From the NCBI GenBank assembly GCA_016748015.1, contig JAAOMT010000566.1, positions 248,001 through 312,000 of the forward strand: DNA of 64,000 bases. The letters are read 5' to 3'. Source of the DNA: Geosiphon pyriformis uo1. Its lineage: Eukaryota; Fungi; Glomeromycota. This document shows positions 63,701-64,000 of the stretch, one piece after another (positions within the stretch are counted from its first letter, which is position 1; every line of letters starts with the position of its first letter). Both the position numbers and the translations under genes were made by a program. The notes beneath the pieces were generated by a model that was not told the DNA's origin, ran no database searches, and worked only from the letters and a program-made list of their open reading frames with translations.

Positions 63701-64000
63701 TCCATCCATTAGCTGCGATAGCTTTTTCTATGTCATTCAGCCATACCTGAGCATAGTTCTCTTCGCCAGTAAAATTGTCAAGTTTTGTGATTGGTGCATA
63801 AGCCATTGGATCTAAGTTGAGTTGTTGTGGTGGCTGTTGAAGCAGTTGTTGTTACATGAGTTGTTGAGATGGTAGTTGAAGTGGCTGCTGTATGGGTTTG
63901 GCTATTGGATTAATCAGTGGTTGATCAATAATGATTACTGGAGGTAAGTTTTGTTGATTTATTAAATCAGGGTTTCGATTATCCTGAGTTGGCAGTGTCT

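Larger units (their letters stand above)
55630..64000 (-). mobile_element. Degenerate Ty3/Gypsy LTR retrotransposon: gag-CCHC, protease, Cys-rich domain, dUTPase, RT, RNase H, integrase, extra ORF, PPT and 3' LTR; 5' part beyond the window
   Basis: Gag (KLDNFTG..WL, retrotransposon-gag core 63171-63632), CHNCGKQGHIRADC, protease ILNSRSAGS, RT FCVDYRKLN and YLDD, RNase H TDASG and NADSLSR, integrase HHCC, YHPQTNGLVERFN and GPF module; RT-RH-IN order. Confidence 0.95.

Overview
Eukaryotic, intron-rich, AT-rich fungal DNA. The gene style and transposon content suggest Glomeromycotina/Mucoromycota, possibly Geosiphon-like (inference only). Host genes reconstructed by reading splice sites: SmF, CHMP7, TIM13 (missing from the ORF track), RPN13, a Zn2Cys6 transcription factor, a saccharopine-dehydrogenase-like oxidoreductase, an RGS-domain membrane protein, two small secreted proteins (one partly duplicated), an HSP20, a small conserved mitochondrial-type protein and an OCRL/INPP5B 5-phosphatase. 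These are interleaved with transposons at different stages of C>T/G>A erosion. Highlights: (1) three non-LTR elements - a full-length RNase H-bearing LINE, an ORF1-only (HAL1-like) element and a ~120-bp SINE-like insertion with a TSD - share a conserved, apparently structured ~105-nt 3' RNA; (2) a ~2-kb non-coding hairpin with a perfect ~250-bp core; (3) a Ty3/Gypsy LTR element with a Cys-rich domain, a dUTPase, an apparently separate integrase ORF and an extra 3' ORF; (4) transition hypermutation that hits the transposons but spares a nearby host duplication. A 572-bp exact duplication around the 20-N gap is probably an assembly artefact. No tRNA, rRNA or CRISPR was seen.
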